Origin: an uncultured Chitinophagales bacterium
GTDB taxonomy: Bacteria; Bacteroidota; Bacteroidia; Chitinophagales; UBA8649
Length of the DNA stretch: 64,000 bases
Assembly (NCBI GenBank): GCA_964655225.1
Contig: CAZZMB010000004.1
Span: forward strand, 14,508 to 78,507
Direction of reading: 5' to 3'
Position numbers and translations under genes: made by a program. How positions within the stretch are numbered: the first letter of the stretch is position 1; every line of letters starts with the position of its first letter. The notes beneath the pieces are model-generated. The model was given only the letters and a program-made list of their open reading frames with translations. It did not search any database and was not told the DNA's origin. Of the stretch, positions 39,634 through 49,438 are shown one piece after another.

Positions 39634-40170
39634 ATGTGGTTTTTGTATGCTAAAGCATTACATATAATATTTGTAGTAACCTGGTTTAGTGGGATGTTTT
39701 ATTTGGTACGATTGTTTGTATATAACAGAGAAGCTCAGGATAAAAGTAAAATGGAAAAAGAGATTTTAACGCTTCAATTCAATATAATGATAAAGCGCTT
39801 GCTTTTTGGCATCACTTGGCCTTCTGCTGTATTGACTTTAATTTTCGGTTGTTCATTATTAATTTCATATACTAATTTTCCTATTTGGTTAATGACCAAA
39901 CTAGTTTTTGTTTTTTTACTGTTTATTTATCAAATTGGTTTACATAAAATATATAAAAATCAATCTAATGGAAACTTTGTCCTTAGTAGTTTTCAACTTC
40001 GAATATTGAATGAATTTCCAACTATTATACTAATAGCTGTTGTTTTTTTGGTAGTTGTAAAGCAGCAGATTAGTTTACTCTATGGACTGTTAGGACTTTT
40101 AGCATTTAGTACGGCTATCATTTCGGTAATTCGATTGTATAAAATAATCAGACTAAACAAGGAGAAATAG
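39634..40170 (+). CDS. hemJ: Protoporphyrinogen oxidase HemJ family membrane protein
   Basis: KALHIIFVVTWFSGMFYLVRLFVY signature, 4-5 TM. I prefer the ATG at 39634 over the TTG at 39619. Confidence 0.75.
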   Translation: MWFLYAKALHIIFVVTWFSGMFYLVRLFVYNREAQDKSKMEKEILTLQFNIMIKRLLFGITWPSAVLTLIFGCSLLISYTNFPIWLMTKLVFVFLLFIYQIGLHKIYKNQSNGNFVLSSFQLRILNEFPTIILIAVVFLVVVKQQISLLYGLLGLLAFSTAIISVIRLYKIIRLNKEK

Positions 40171-40302
40171 TTAAGCAACTGAGCTTATTTTTTCAAATGC
40201 CCAAGCATACAAAAACCCCATACTAACTTAAGATAGGCGATGGGTTAACATCGATAATGTTCAAACCTTACATACATTTTCGAGGGCCTTCTTGGGTTTA
40301 TT

Positions 40303-41169
40303 TCAATCAAAAAAGGACTGAATTCTTGTCCTTAGGTCTTCGCTAATTGGCACCAAAGGAAGTCTGAGATCCTCCGAGCATAAATTTTGTTTGTACAGAG
40401 CAGCCTTTATACCTGCAGGGTTATTTTCTTCGAAAATTAGCTTGATAAGATCTAAGAAAGAAAATTGCAAAGAACTAGCTTTGCCAAAATCCGCGACTAA
40501 AGCAGCATTAATCATCTCTGTAAAGGATGTAGGAATCACTTGCGCAACGACGGAAATTACTCCTGTGCAACCATAGCTAATCATGGGTAAGGCATGGATG
40601 TCATCTCCAGCAATCAATTGAAAGGTGGAGGGACTTTTTCTGCGAATTTCCATACTTTGAAGAATGTCATTTGCTGCTTCTTTGATGCCGATGATTTGTT
40701 CAAACTCATTTGCTAATCGAATGGTCGTTTCAGCTTCCATATTTTGCCCCGTTCTGCTCGGCACATTATATAAAATAATGGGTAAAGGGCTATTCAAAGC
40801 AATATGCTTATAATGTTGAAAAATACCTTCCTGAGAAGGTTTATTATAGTTTGGGCTTGAAGATAGAATCGCGCTGTATCCATCTAGATTAAAACTGTTT
40901 ATTTGCTTAGAAATACGCATGGTGTCATTTCCGCCAAATCCTGCAACAAGAGGAACTCTTCCGGCAGTCTGATTTTTTGTAAAATCGAGCAGCTCTTGCT
41001 TCTCCTTTAGAGTGAGAGTAACTGTTTCTCCGGTCGTCCCTAAGCAGACCAAATAATTGACTCCACCGTCAATGCAATGGTCAATAATTTGACCTAAGCT
41101 TTTGAAATCTATGTTTTTATCTTTATTAAATGGAGTCACTAAAGCGACACCTGTTCCAGTAAGATCCAT
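40303..41169 (-). CDS. dapA: 4-hydroxy-tetrahydrodipicolinate synthase
   Basis: GTGVALVTPF, GTTGE, YNVPSRTG, and GIKEA (Schiff-base Lys) motifs. Confidence 0.9.
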   Translation of the reverse strand: MDLTGTGVALVTPFNKDKNIDFKSLGQIIDHCIDGGVNYLVCLGTTGETVTLTLKEKQELLDFTKNQTAGRVPLVAGFGGNDTMRISKQINSFNLDGYSAILSSSPNYNKPSQEGIFQHYKHIALNSPLPIILYNVPSRTGQNMEAETTIRLANEFEQIIGIKEAANDILQSMEIRRKSPSTFQLIAGDDIHALPMISYGCTGVISVVAQVIPTSFTEMINAALVADFGKASSLQFSFLDLIKLIFEENNPAGIKAALYKQNLCSEDLRLPLVPISEDLRTRIQSFFD

Positions 41170-41172
41170 ATT

Positions 41173-41706
41173 CTAGGGGTTTATAGTATGCAAAAAATGA
41201 TCGATTTGTTGCAGTAGATATTTTAGACTAGCATCTTTTTTTGTATTTATCATTAACTCAAAATAATCGCTTTTAGAATCATTAAATGCGCCTACTCTAA
41301 ACCTAGCATTTGATGTTGCCAATACATACTCTAATGGAAGGCATTCATTCACAAATGCAGCGATTAAAATGTCAAGATTCTGCTGCTGGAAGTCATCAAT
41401 TTTTTCTTGGGAAGGGATATCAAACCAGTTAACATCCAATTTATTTAGAAACCTTGAATCGTTATCCTTTTTTTCTTTATTATTTTGGAAAGAAAGAATA
41501 CTTACCTCTTTATTTTTTTGACTTAAACTTTCAGCGTATTTAGAAACGGTTATTATATCCTCTTCATATTTGGCATCCAAAAGAATCCCTATTTTTTTAG
41601 CTTGCCCAATATTTAGCATTTCTCGAGGTGATTTTGTCAAAGAATTGACGTCGGATCGTAGTTTTTTTAAGAATAGAAATCGCTTAATGTTTTTAAACCA
41701 TTTCAT
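41173..41706 (-). CDS. Hypothetical protein (conserved-looking, no recognisable motif)
   Basis: 177-aa ORF packed between accA and dapA with 0-3 nt gaps. Coding status is inferred from this packing. Confidence 0.5.
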   Translation of the reverse strand: MKWFKNIKRFLFLKKLRSDVNSLTKSPREMLNIGQAKKIGILLDAKYEEDIITVSKYAESLSQKNKEVSILSFQNNKEKKDNDSRFLNKLDVNWFDIPSQEKIDDFQQQNLDILIAAFVNECLPLEYVLATSNARFRVGAFNDSKSDYFELMINTKKDASLKYLLQQIDHFLHTINP

Positions 41707-42669
41707 TTAAATCACTTTCCTTTCTTCAAATGTACCTATACTTGAATATTTCGCTATTCGTTTTTCAATTCTCTGCTCGGGAGTCATTTCTTGAAGTGCA
41801 GTCAAATTCCGCTTAATACTCCTTTTGAGTGTTTTAGACATTTCTTCTGGATTGTGATGTGCTCCGCCAAGTGGCTCTTTTATAATGGTATCAACAATTT
41901 TCATTTTGTGCATGTCCGTTGCTGTTAAATTTAATTGCTTGGCTGCTATTTCCTTATAATCCCAGCTACGCCATAAAATAGAGGAGCAGGATTCAGGTGA
42001 AATTACAGTAAACCATGTATTTTCTAACATTAACATCTTGTCACATACCCCTATTCCAATAGCTCCACCGGAAGCACCCTCACCGATGATAATCGAAATT
42101 ACAGGAACTTTCAATTGTGTCATTTCAAATAAGTTACGTGCAATAGCTTCTGCTTGTCCAAGTTCCTCTGCCTCAATCCCCGGGAATGCGCCCGGTGTAT
42201 CAATAAAGGTGACAATGGGTTTGTTAAATTTTTCAGCTAGTTTCATTAAGCGCAGTGCTTTGCGATAACCTTGAGGATTAGCCATTCCAAAGTTGCGGTA
42301 TTGCCGCATTTTCGTATTGACTCCTTTTTGTTGACCAATAACCACCACACTTTGACCATCTAAGTCAGCAATACCACCTACAATGGCTTTGTCATCGCCG
42401 GATTTTCTGTCTCCGTGAAGCTCAATGAAATTTTCAAAAATATGATGAATATAATAAAGGGTGTAGGGTCTGAGGGGGTGTCTTGAAAGTTGAACTCTCT
42501 GCCATGGAGTAAGGTTAGAATACAGCTTCTCTTTCTTCTCTTCAATTACTTTATCGAGCTCAGCGATTTTATCGTCAAGATTTAAGTCTCCTTGAGCTTG
42601 CATCTCCACAAGTTTTTTACGTTTTTCGTATAGTTGAGCTATTGGTTCTTCGAAATCTAGAAAAGTCAT
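41707..42669 (-). CDS. accA: Acetyl-CoA carboxylase carboxyltransferase alpha subunit
   Basis: [10 protein letters not shown] and GEGASGGA motifs. 320 aa. Confidence 0.92.
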   Translation of the reverse strand: MTFLDFEEPIAQLYEKRKKLVEMQAQGDLNLDDKIAELDKVIEEKKEKLYSNLTPWQRVQLSRHPLRPYTLYYIHHIFENFIELHGDRKSGDDKAIVGGIADLDGQSVVVIGQQKGVNTKMRQYRNFGMANPQGYRKALRLMKLAEKFNKPIVTFIDTPGAFPGIEAEELGQAEAIARNLFEMTQLKVPVISIIIGEGASGGAIGIGVCDKMLMLENTWFTVISPESCSSILWRSWDYKEIAAKQLNLTATDMHKMKIVDTIIKEPLGGAHHNPEEMSKTLKRSIKRNLTALQEMTPEQRIEKRIAKYSSIGTFEERKVI

Positions 42670-42673
42670 GGGA

Positions 42674-42681
42674 CAAATTTA
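42674..42681 (-). promoter_or_regulatory. Candidate -7 promoter box (TAAATTTG) abutting the accA start codon
   Basis: Exact TAnnTTTG on the minus strand. Its G lies 5 nt before the A of the ATG, which implies a leaderless or near-leaderless mRNA. Confidence 0.35.
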
Positions 42682-42717
42682 ATAGAATTAAGTAAATACA
42701 GAGAACACTATCCTAAT

Positions 42718-43353
42718 TTATTTGCTTCTAGTATAATTTTTTCGCTTGTTTGAATAGTTTTTATTTTTTGGGCGATTATTGCGATTATTGGTAACGAATT
42801 TCTTTTTATTTGGAGCAACCTTATTGAGTATTACCTTTTCATCAAGATGAAGTTTTTGCTTGGAAAGAATTGCTAAGTCATTAATTATAGTCTCATCAGT
42901 AACTGTGTCACTATTCCAGTTGTTGTGAACAATTTTCATATAATTAGCAATACATTTGGTAAAGGCACTTTTCGTCTCGCCGTCTTCCATATCGCTAGCC
43001 TTCTCAATCATGCTAAGAATATTTTTACCGTAGTGTCTGTATTTTCTATTCTTGATCGGATAATAAAACTGTTCTGGTTTAGCAAACAAAACGTCTTTGT
43101 CCGGCAAAGGGTAAGGAGAATCGACATCTAGTTTGAAGTCAGCCATAATATGCAAATGATCCCAGAGCAGGTGCTTGAAGTCTTCTACATTTTTCAGATG
43201 AGGGTTGAGGTTCCCCATAATGTGAATGACATGATCAATTACATCTTGCCGTTTTTCTTTTTCTGGTATGCTAATCGCGTACTCTACTAAATTTTGAATA
43301 TGTCTACCATATTCTTTAAGGCGCAAAAAGCCTCGCTGGGAATTATATTCCAT
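42718..43353 (-). CDS. DUF4290 family protein
   Basis: N-terminus MEYNSQRGFLRLKEYGRHIQNLV is typical of the Bacteroidota DUF4290 family. It has a basic C-terminal tail. Confidence 0.6.
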   Translation of the reverse strand: MEYNSQRGFLRLKEYGRHIQNLVEYAISIPEKEKRQDVIDHVIHIMGNLNPHLKNVEDFKHLLWDHLHIMADFKLDVDSPYPLPDKDVLFAKPEQFYYPIKNRKYRHYGKNILSMIEKASDMEDGETKSAFTKCIANYMKIVHNNWNSDTVTDETIINDLAILSKQKLHLDEKVILNKVAPNKKKFVTNNRNNRPKNKNYSNKRKNYTRSK

Positions 43354-43523
43354 ATAAATTGATAAGATTGAAAATATGCTTTTCTTCCGGTTAAGGTTAT
43401 TGTTTGTTAGGGAAGCTTGCTTTACAATTAGGCATTTACTCTACCTTTTGCGATTGCAAGGTACTAAGATTTTTCTTTAATTTTAGTTTATTGCGTGTAA
43501 AGTGTGTAATTCCTAAGAACCAT

Positions 43524-45800
43524 TTAATTCATAATTTTCAGCTTAGCAAATTTCAACATAATCTTTTTTTCGCCTTCTTGACTGAAATTTATTGTTGCAA
43601 TTGCGTTTGTACCTGCTGCGATAAAGCTCACTTTACCTTCCCCAAATCGCTGATGTAAGACTATTTGCCCTACCTTTAATTTACTTACATCATCTGCCTC
43701 AAAATTGGGGTCAGGGACTTGAGCATTTGCACTTCTTACCAATTTAGCTTTTCTAGGCTTAAGGCTCCGCTCGCCCAATCCTGATTGACTGGTCGGGCGA
43801 ATATTTAAACTACTGGACTCATTTTTTCTCGTTGGAGCACCCATTAGTTGAAGTTCAGTCTCTGGCAGTTCTTTTAAAAACCTGCTTGGTTCACTATACT
43901 GAAGTGTACCAAACTTATATCTTGTATTTGCAAATGAGATAAAGAGGTGTTTTTCGGCCCTTGTAATAGCGACATAAAATAGTCGACGCTCCTCTTCTAA
44001 ATCTTCTCGGGTATATAAGGACATGGGAGAAGGAAACAAATTTTCTTCAAGTCCGACAGCAAAAACTACAGGAAACTCTAATCCTTTCGCGGCATGAATC
44101 GTCATCATTTTAACTGTTTCTTCTCCTTCATTATCCTTTTCGTCGCCAGTTAGCAAACTTATGTTTTGAAGATATGCGCCTAAACTACGGTCATTGTTTA
44201 TGTCGTCTTCATTCTCAATTACATCCTCAATACTAAACTCCTTAACACCATTAAGTAATTCTTGAATATTTTCATACTTACTGACGCCTTCGACAGTTTT
44301 ATCATTATATAGCTCCTGTAAAATTTGAGTTGACTTAGCAATGTGAGCCGCAACGTCATATGCATTCTTATCGGAAAGCATGGTCTGAAAACTTTGAATC
44401 ATCGTCACAAAATCACGCAGGGTTTGGCTTGCCCTTTTAGGGAATTCATACATTTCTATATGATTTAAGACTTCCCAAATACTTTTGCCCTGTCTATCCG
44501 CAATTACTGTTAATTTTTGAAAGCTGGTATTACCTATCCCTCGTTTAGGATAGTTAATGATCCTTTTCAGCGATTCTTCCTCATTCGGATTGACAATGAA
44601 TTTAAGGTACGCAAGCAAGTCCTTTATTTCTTTGCGTTGATAAAATGATAAGCCTCCGAAGATTTTATAGGGAATGTTCTGTCTTCGTAATGCTTCCTCC
44701 ATAGCTCTTGATTGAGCGTTGGTCCGATACAATATGGCAAACTCATTGTTGTGTAATTGCTCGTTCATTTTTAATTCAAATATGAGATCGGCAACTTTTT
44801 TACCTTCTTCGTTGTCGCTTACAGTTTTAAATATTTTAATTTTCTCTCCAATTTGATTATCGGTCCAAATTTCTTTAGCTATTTGAGAAGAGTTGTGTTT
44901 TATGAGGTGATTAGCCGCATTTACAATTTGTGGGGTACTTCTATAATTCTGTTCTAACTTGACCAGCTTATAATCAGGAAAGTCTTTCTGAAAGTTTAGA
45001 ATATTGGTGATAGTGGCTCCTCGAAAGGCATAAATACTTTGAGCGTCATCACCGACAACACTAAGGTTTTGATTTCTATCTGCTAGCTTTTTGATGATGG
45101 CATATTGTGCGGTATTCGTATCTTGAAACTCATCAATTAGTATATATTGAAACTTGTTTTGATAGTGGTATAAGGATTCGGGGTGATTTTTTAAAAGGAG
45201 ATAAAAATTAACCAATAAGTCATCAAAATCCATAGCTCCATTTTGCTTACATTTTTTGGTGTAGCGAGCGAAAAGTTCTGCAATTTTTGGTTTCCCTGCT
45301 GCAATGTCCTCATTAACTAATTCAACGTTAGACGCGTATGCTTGGGCTCCGATTAAGGAATTTTTGGCTTGTGAAATTCTATAGAAAACTTGATTGGGTT
45401 TGTAAATTTTATCATCCAAACCTTGCGCCTTAATAATACTCTTTAAGACACTTTTAGAATCATTGGTGTCGTAGATGGTGAAGTTGCTGGGAAAGCCTAA
45501 TTTTGGGGCTTCCTTCCTTAGAATACGAGCAAAAACAGAGTGAAAGGTGCCCATAAATAGATTTCGAGCCTCATGACCCACAATTTTCTCAATTCTTGCG
45601 CGCATTTCTGCCGCTGCTTTATTGGTGAAAGTTAATGAAAGAATACGAAATGGATCAATGCCCTGTGCTATTAAATAGGCAATTCTATAGGTCAATACTC
45701 TTGTTTTTCCAGAGCCAGGACCGGCAATAATCAACAAGGGACCATCGGTAAAGGTTACCGCTTCTTTTTGCGGTGGATTTAGCTCATTCAAAAACTTCAT
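43524..45800 (-). CDS. ATP-dependent DNA helicase, UvrD/PcrA/Rep family
   Basis: AGPGSGKTRVLT Walker A, DEFQDTN, and VGDDAQSIYAFRGA motifs, plus the C-terminal HQRFGEGKV domain. Confidence 0.9.
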   Translation of the reverse strand: MKFLNELNPPQKEAVTFTDGPLLIIAGPGSGKTRVLTYRIAYLIAQGIDPFRILSLTFTNKAAAEMRARIEKIVGHEARNLFMGTFHSVFARILRKEAPKLGFPSNFTIYDTNDSKSVLKSIIKAQGLDDKIYKPNQVFYRISQAKNSLIGAQAYASNVELVNEDIAAGKPKIAELFARYTKKCKQNGAMDFDDLLVNFYLLLKNHPESLYHYQNKFQYILIDEFQDTNTAQYAIIKKLADRNQNLSVVGDDAQSIYAFRGATITNILNFQKDFPDYKLVKLEQNYRSTPQIVNAANHLIKHNSSQIAKEIWTDNQIGEKIKIFKTVSDNEEGKKVADLIFELKMNEQLHNNEFAILYRTNAQSRAMEEALRRQNIPYKIFGGLSFYQRKEIKDLLAYLKFIVNPNEEESLKRIINYPKRGIGNTSFQKLTVIADRQGKSIWEVLNHIEMYEFPKRASQTLRDFVTMIQSFQTMLSDKNAYDVAAHIAKSTQILQELYNDKTVEGVSKYENIQELLNGVKEFSIEDVIENEDDINNDRSLGAYLQNISLLTGDEKDNEGEETVKMMTIHAAKGLEFPVVFAVGLEENLFPSPMSLYTREDLEEERRLFYVAITRAEKHLFISFANTRYKFGTLQYSEPSRFLKELPETELQLMGAPTRKNESSSLNIRPTSQSGLGERSLKPRKAKLVRSANAQVPDPNFEADDVSKLKVGQIVLHQRFGEGKVSFIAAGTNAIATINFSQEGEKKIMLKFAKLKIMN

Positions 45801-46029
45801 AGGGGTAAAATTAAATCATCAATTTTAAAAAAAAATTTATTCTGTGAATTTTCTTAATATTGTTGACAAGTTATAACATTGAATACAAGTTGTAAGTTTA
45901 TGAAAAAAGAGAATCAACAATCAATTAGCACCGAAGACATGATAGCTAAAGGCTTGATTAATGTGCTGGCAATAGGATATAGGGGGGTGGAGATGTGGCG
46001 TGAAAAAAGAACTCCACCGTCCAAAAAAA

Positions 46030-48570
46030 ATGAGCAGGATGAAAAAAAAGCCTAAATTCTTACTGTTGGGCTGGGACTCTGCAGATTGGAAAGTCATCAA
46101 TCCACTCATCGATCGAGGTGAAATGCCTGCCTTAGAAAGTTTAATAAATAAAGGGGTGATGGGTAATATTGCTACGCTAGACCCTCCTTTATCTCCTATG
46201 TTATGGACTTCAATCGCGACGGGTAAATACGCCTATAAGCATGGAGTGCACGGCTTTTTAGAGAAATCCAAGGAGGATAATAAAATGAGGGCTGTTACTA
46301 ACGATTCTATCCAAACTAGTACCTTATGGCAGATTTTAAACAAGCATGGGTTTAAAACAAATGTCGTTGGCTGGTGGCCAAGTCATCCTGCAAATAAGTT
46401 AAATGGAGCTCAGGTTTCTAATTTCTATGCTAAGGCTGGAAAAGAATCAAAATGGCACAATTGGAAAACAGTTCCAAAGTCAATTTATCCTGAAGAAATG
46501 GCAGAGATATTAAATCCTCTTAGGGTTCATCCCGGTGAACTGGGCATAGAACAGCTGTCTTCATTTATTCCTAATTATAAGGACTTGAGCAAGGATGATG
46601 TTAAACTTGTCAATCTACTTCTTGCAGATTTGGCAGAATGCCTAAGCGTCCATTCTGCTTCCACTTATTTAGCAGAACATACGGAGTGGGATTTCATGGC
46701 TGTTTATTACAACGCAATCGATCACGTATCTCACTGCTTCATGAAATATCATCCTCCCAAATTGGAATGGGTTGATCAGCAAAAGTTTGATTTGTATAAT
46801 ACGGTCATTGAGGCCATATACAGATTTCACGATATGATGTTGTCCAGGTGGCTTGAGTTAGTGGATGATGATACTTATGTCATGGTTCTTTCCGATCACG
46901 GATTCCATTCTGATAATTTAAGAGTAAAAGAACTTCCAAAGGAGCCAGCAGCCATTGCAAGAGAACATAATTATCTAGGGATGTTAACCTTAAAAGGTCC
47001 CGGGATTAGTAAAGATGACCTAATTTATGGCTCAAGCCTTTTGGATATAACTCCTACAATTTTAGCATTGTTTGGTTTGCCAATCGGCGAGGATATGGAT
47101 GGAAAAGTATTGAACACAGCTTTTGATAGTAATCTCGATGTCTCATTTGTTAAAAGTCATGATGAGCAAAATGCTAATCAGAAAAATACCTTAAATCAAT
47201 TTGAAAGTGACGAATTGGTTCGTCAATTAGTGGATCTTGGTTACGTGGAAGACACCAACATGGATAGTCCTGTCGAGGTTAAAAGATTAATGGATGAAAA
47301 TAATTTTTATCTAGCGAGAAGTTACTTTGATGCAAGAAAGTTCAAAGAGGCAAGAGTTATTATGCAGAAGCTTTGTGAAGATTACCCTAAAAATCACAGG
47401 TACCTATTTTTCTTGGCAAATGTGCACCTAGAAATTAAAGATGCTCTAGCACTAAAGGAGCTTATTCAAAAATTAGATAACATAGTCAGTAAGGGACATT
47501 TAGGATTGAAGTTATTGTCTGCCAAATTAGCTTTTATTGAAAATAATTTTAAATTAGCAATACAAATTTTCCACTCTCTAATGATGGTGGGTGGTGTGCC
47601 TAAGCCTAATTTATATTATCATATCGCAACTTCATCTTTAAAGCTTCATAGATATAGTGATGCGGCTTTATTTTTTAAGAAAAATCTTGAACATAATCCA
47701 GATAATGCCAATGCTCTTCATGGCTTAGGTCTCGCATATCTTGCTCAAAACAAGTTTGAAGAAGCAATTGATGTTTTAATCGATTCGGTTAGTATTACTT
47801 ATTTCAACCCCTCTGCCCATTATCACTTAGGGAAAGCGTTTAAGTCTATTAATGCCTTTGATCAAGCAGAGCAAGCTTTTCTTGTTGCTCGTCAATTAGC
47901 ACCGGCAATGTCAAAAGCTAGGCGGGAGTTAATTGATTTGTATGAGAACGAATTGGATGATCGAGAAAAAGCAGCTAAACTCTTAGTAGAGGCAAAAAGA
48001 GTAAGTAAGGGAACTGCCTTTATTGTTTCTGGTCTGCCACGTTCGGGTACGTCTATGATGATGCAAATGCTAGAGGCAGGTGGTTTGACCCCTTTTACTG
48101 ACAATAAGAGAATAGCGGATGAAGATAATCCTAATGGATATTATGAGCACGAAGCAATAAAACGATTGCCAAGTGATAATCGTGTTATCTACGATACCTC
48201 CGGTAAAGTTTTAAAAGTTGTCAGCAGTCTGCTGCGATTTTTACCTGCAAATATGGAGTATAAGATTATTTTGATGAATAGGCCTGTTCATCAAGTGCTT
48301 ACATCACAAGAAAAACTGAAACAAAACTTGAATAAATTGCAATCCAATTCAAGTGTTTTCGAAATGGATAAGCTTCTTGAAAATTCCTATTTGAAAGCAA
48401 AATCATTTATTGAGAATCAACGAAACATGGAGTTTTTAGAGGTTAGTTATCAGGACGTTCTAAACAGTCCTAATGCTACTATCAATGAGCTAATTAAATT
48501 TATAGGCATAAACCTTGATGGTAATCAAATGAAAGATAAAGTGGATAAAAAATTATTTAGAAACAAATAA
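46030..48570 (+). CDS. Three-domain cytoplasmic fusion: alkaline phosphatase/NPP-superfamily phosphodiesterase, TPR repeats, and a sulfotransferase
   Basis: The N-terminal domain has GWDSADW, LWTSIATG (candidate Thr nucleophile) and VLSDHGFH metal ligands. The middle ~220 aa are TPR-like (ALHGLGLAYLAQNKFEEAI...). The C-terminal ~185 aa have SGLPRSGTSMM (5'-PSB loop) and MNRPVHQVLTS (3'-PB-like). There is no signal peptide. The start may be 46000 (GTG), 46030 or 46039 (ATG). Confidence 0.7.
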   Translation: MSRMKKKPKFLLLGWDSADWKVINPLIDRGEMPALESLINKGVMGNIATLDPPLSPMLWTSIATGKYAYKHGVHGFLEKSKEDNKMRAVTNDSIQTSTLWQILNKHGFKTNVVGWWPSHPANKLNGAQVSNFYAKAGKESKWHNWKTVPKSIYPEEMAEILNPLRVHPGELGIEQLSSFIPNYKDLSKDDVKLVNLLLADLAECLSVHSASTYLAEHTEWDFMAVYYNAIDHVSHCFMKYHPPKLEWVDQQKFDLYNTVIEAIYRFHDMMLSRWLELVDDDTYVMVLSDHGFHSDNLRVKELPKEPAAIAREHNYLGMLTLKGPGISKDDLIYGSSLLDITPTILALFGLPIGEDMDGKVLNTAFDSNLDVSFVKSHDEQNANQKNTLNQFESDELVRQLVDLGYVEDTNMDSPVEVKRLMDENNFYLARSYFDARKFKEARVIMQKLCEDYPKNHRYLFFLANVHLEIKDALALKELIQKLDNIVSKGHLGLKLLSAKLAFIENNFKLAIQIFHSLMMVGGVPKPNLYYHIATSSLKLHRYSDAALFFKKNLEHNPDNANALHGLGLAYLAQNKFEEAIDVLIDSVSITYFNPSAHYHLGKAFKSINAFDQAEQAFLVARQLAPAMSKARRELIDLYENELDDREKAAKLLVEAKRVSKGTAFIVSGLPRSGTSMMMQMLEAGGLTPFTDNKRIADEDNPNGYYEHEAIKRLPSDNRVIYDTSGKVLKVVSSLLRFLPANMEYKIILMNRPVHQVLTSQEKLKQNLNKLQSNSSVFEMDKLLENSYLKAKSFIENQRNMEFLEVSYQDVLNSPNATINELIKFIGINLDGNQMKDKVDKKLFRNK

Positions 48571-48693
48571 ATATTAGAGTTAAATTAAACATTTCAAAAT
48601 TCTTTCCGAAATAAATCCTTGCCAGGTTGGATTGAAAAATAAGTTTTGCGAACTTAAAAGAAAAGGTTAGTTTTGTGGAAATAAAAACCCAAA

Positions 48694-49344
48694 ATGAAAA
48701 ATTTAAAGAAAACCCTAATTTCAAAAAAAGCTGCGAAGTATTCATTACTTGCTAGTGCGGCAATTTCAATGTTAGCCTCTTGCGGTAAGGATGAGCCAGA
48801 CAATAATGATCCAAATATCGATGAAACTGACATCAATCCAGATATTTCCTTGACGCCAGCATTAAATGCTACAGATTCTGTTGATTTAGATATCAATGGC
48901 GATGGTATTATGGATATTAGTGTTGGAGTCTACAACTATAATTACTCCTACGGTGGCGTTACAAGCGATGTGAATGCTGGTAACCTTACTGGCTTGAATG
49001 GCGCTGAAGTGTTGACCGTGCGAGAAGACTTCACCATCGGTGGATATGATTACTACGGAGACTTTGCCGTTGCTTTAAGCGAGGGAAATACCATCAGTTC
49101 AGCCCAGTCTGTATGGCTGGATGACGCATATTTGAGTGGAAATGGCGTTATTCAAAATAATCCAACTCAGCTCGGTCAATTTTTAGGTCAAGATAAATTT
49201 GTCGGTGTTCGTATTCAAGCAGTTGGGAATACGCATTATGCATGGATAAGAATGAGCATGAGTGAAGACGGAACCAATGTGATGGTAAAAGAATATGCTT
49301 ATCATATCACTCCAAATGCCGCAATCACTGCAGGAGCTAAATAA
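48694..49344 (+). CDS. Hypothetical lipoprotein with a DxDxDG-type motif
   Basis: Lipobox SMLASC, and DLDINGDGIMD calcium-loop-like motif. 216 aa, followed by a strong terminator. Confidence 0.6.
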   Translation: MKNLKKTLISKKAAKYSLLASAAISMLASCGKDEPDNNDPNIDETDINPDISLTPALNATDSVDLDINGDGIMDISVGVYNYNYSYGGVTSDVNAGNLTGLNGAEVLTVREDFTIGGYDYYGDFAVALSEGNTISSAQSVWLDDAYLSGNGVIQNNPTQLGQFLGQDKFVGVRIQAVGNTHYAWIRMSMSEDGTNVMVKEYAYHITPNAAITAGAK

Positions 49345-49374
49345 AGAAGTTTCACATTACTATAAATTAAAAAA

Positions 49375-49403
49375 ACCTACAGGATTCCTGTAGGTTTTTT
49401 TTA
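49375..49403 (+). terminator. Rho-independent terminator
   Basis: Perfect 9-bp stem ACCTACAGG/CCTGTAGGT with a 3-nt loop, followed by a T8 run. Confidence 0.85.
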
Positions 49404-49422
49404 TTCATCTTCTTTTCTTGAT

Positions 49423-49430
49423 TACCTTTG
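49423..49430 (+). promoter_or_regulatory. Candidate -7 promoter box (TACCTTTG) for uvrA
   Basis: Exact TAnnTTTG match ending 9 nt before the ATG at 49439. Confidence 0.35.
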
Positions 49431-49438
49431 CAAAATTC

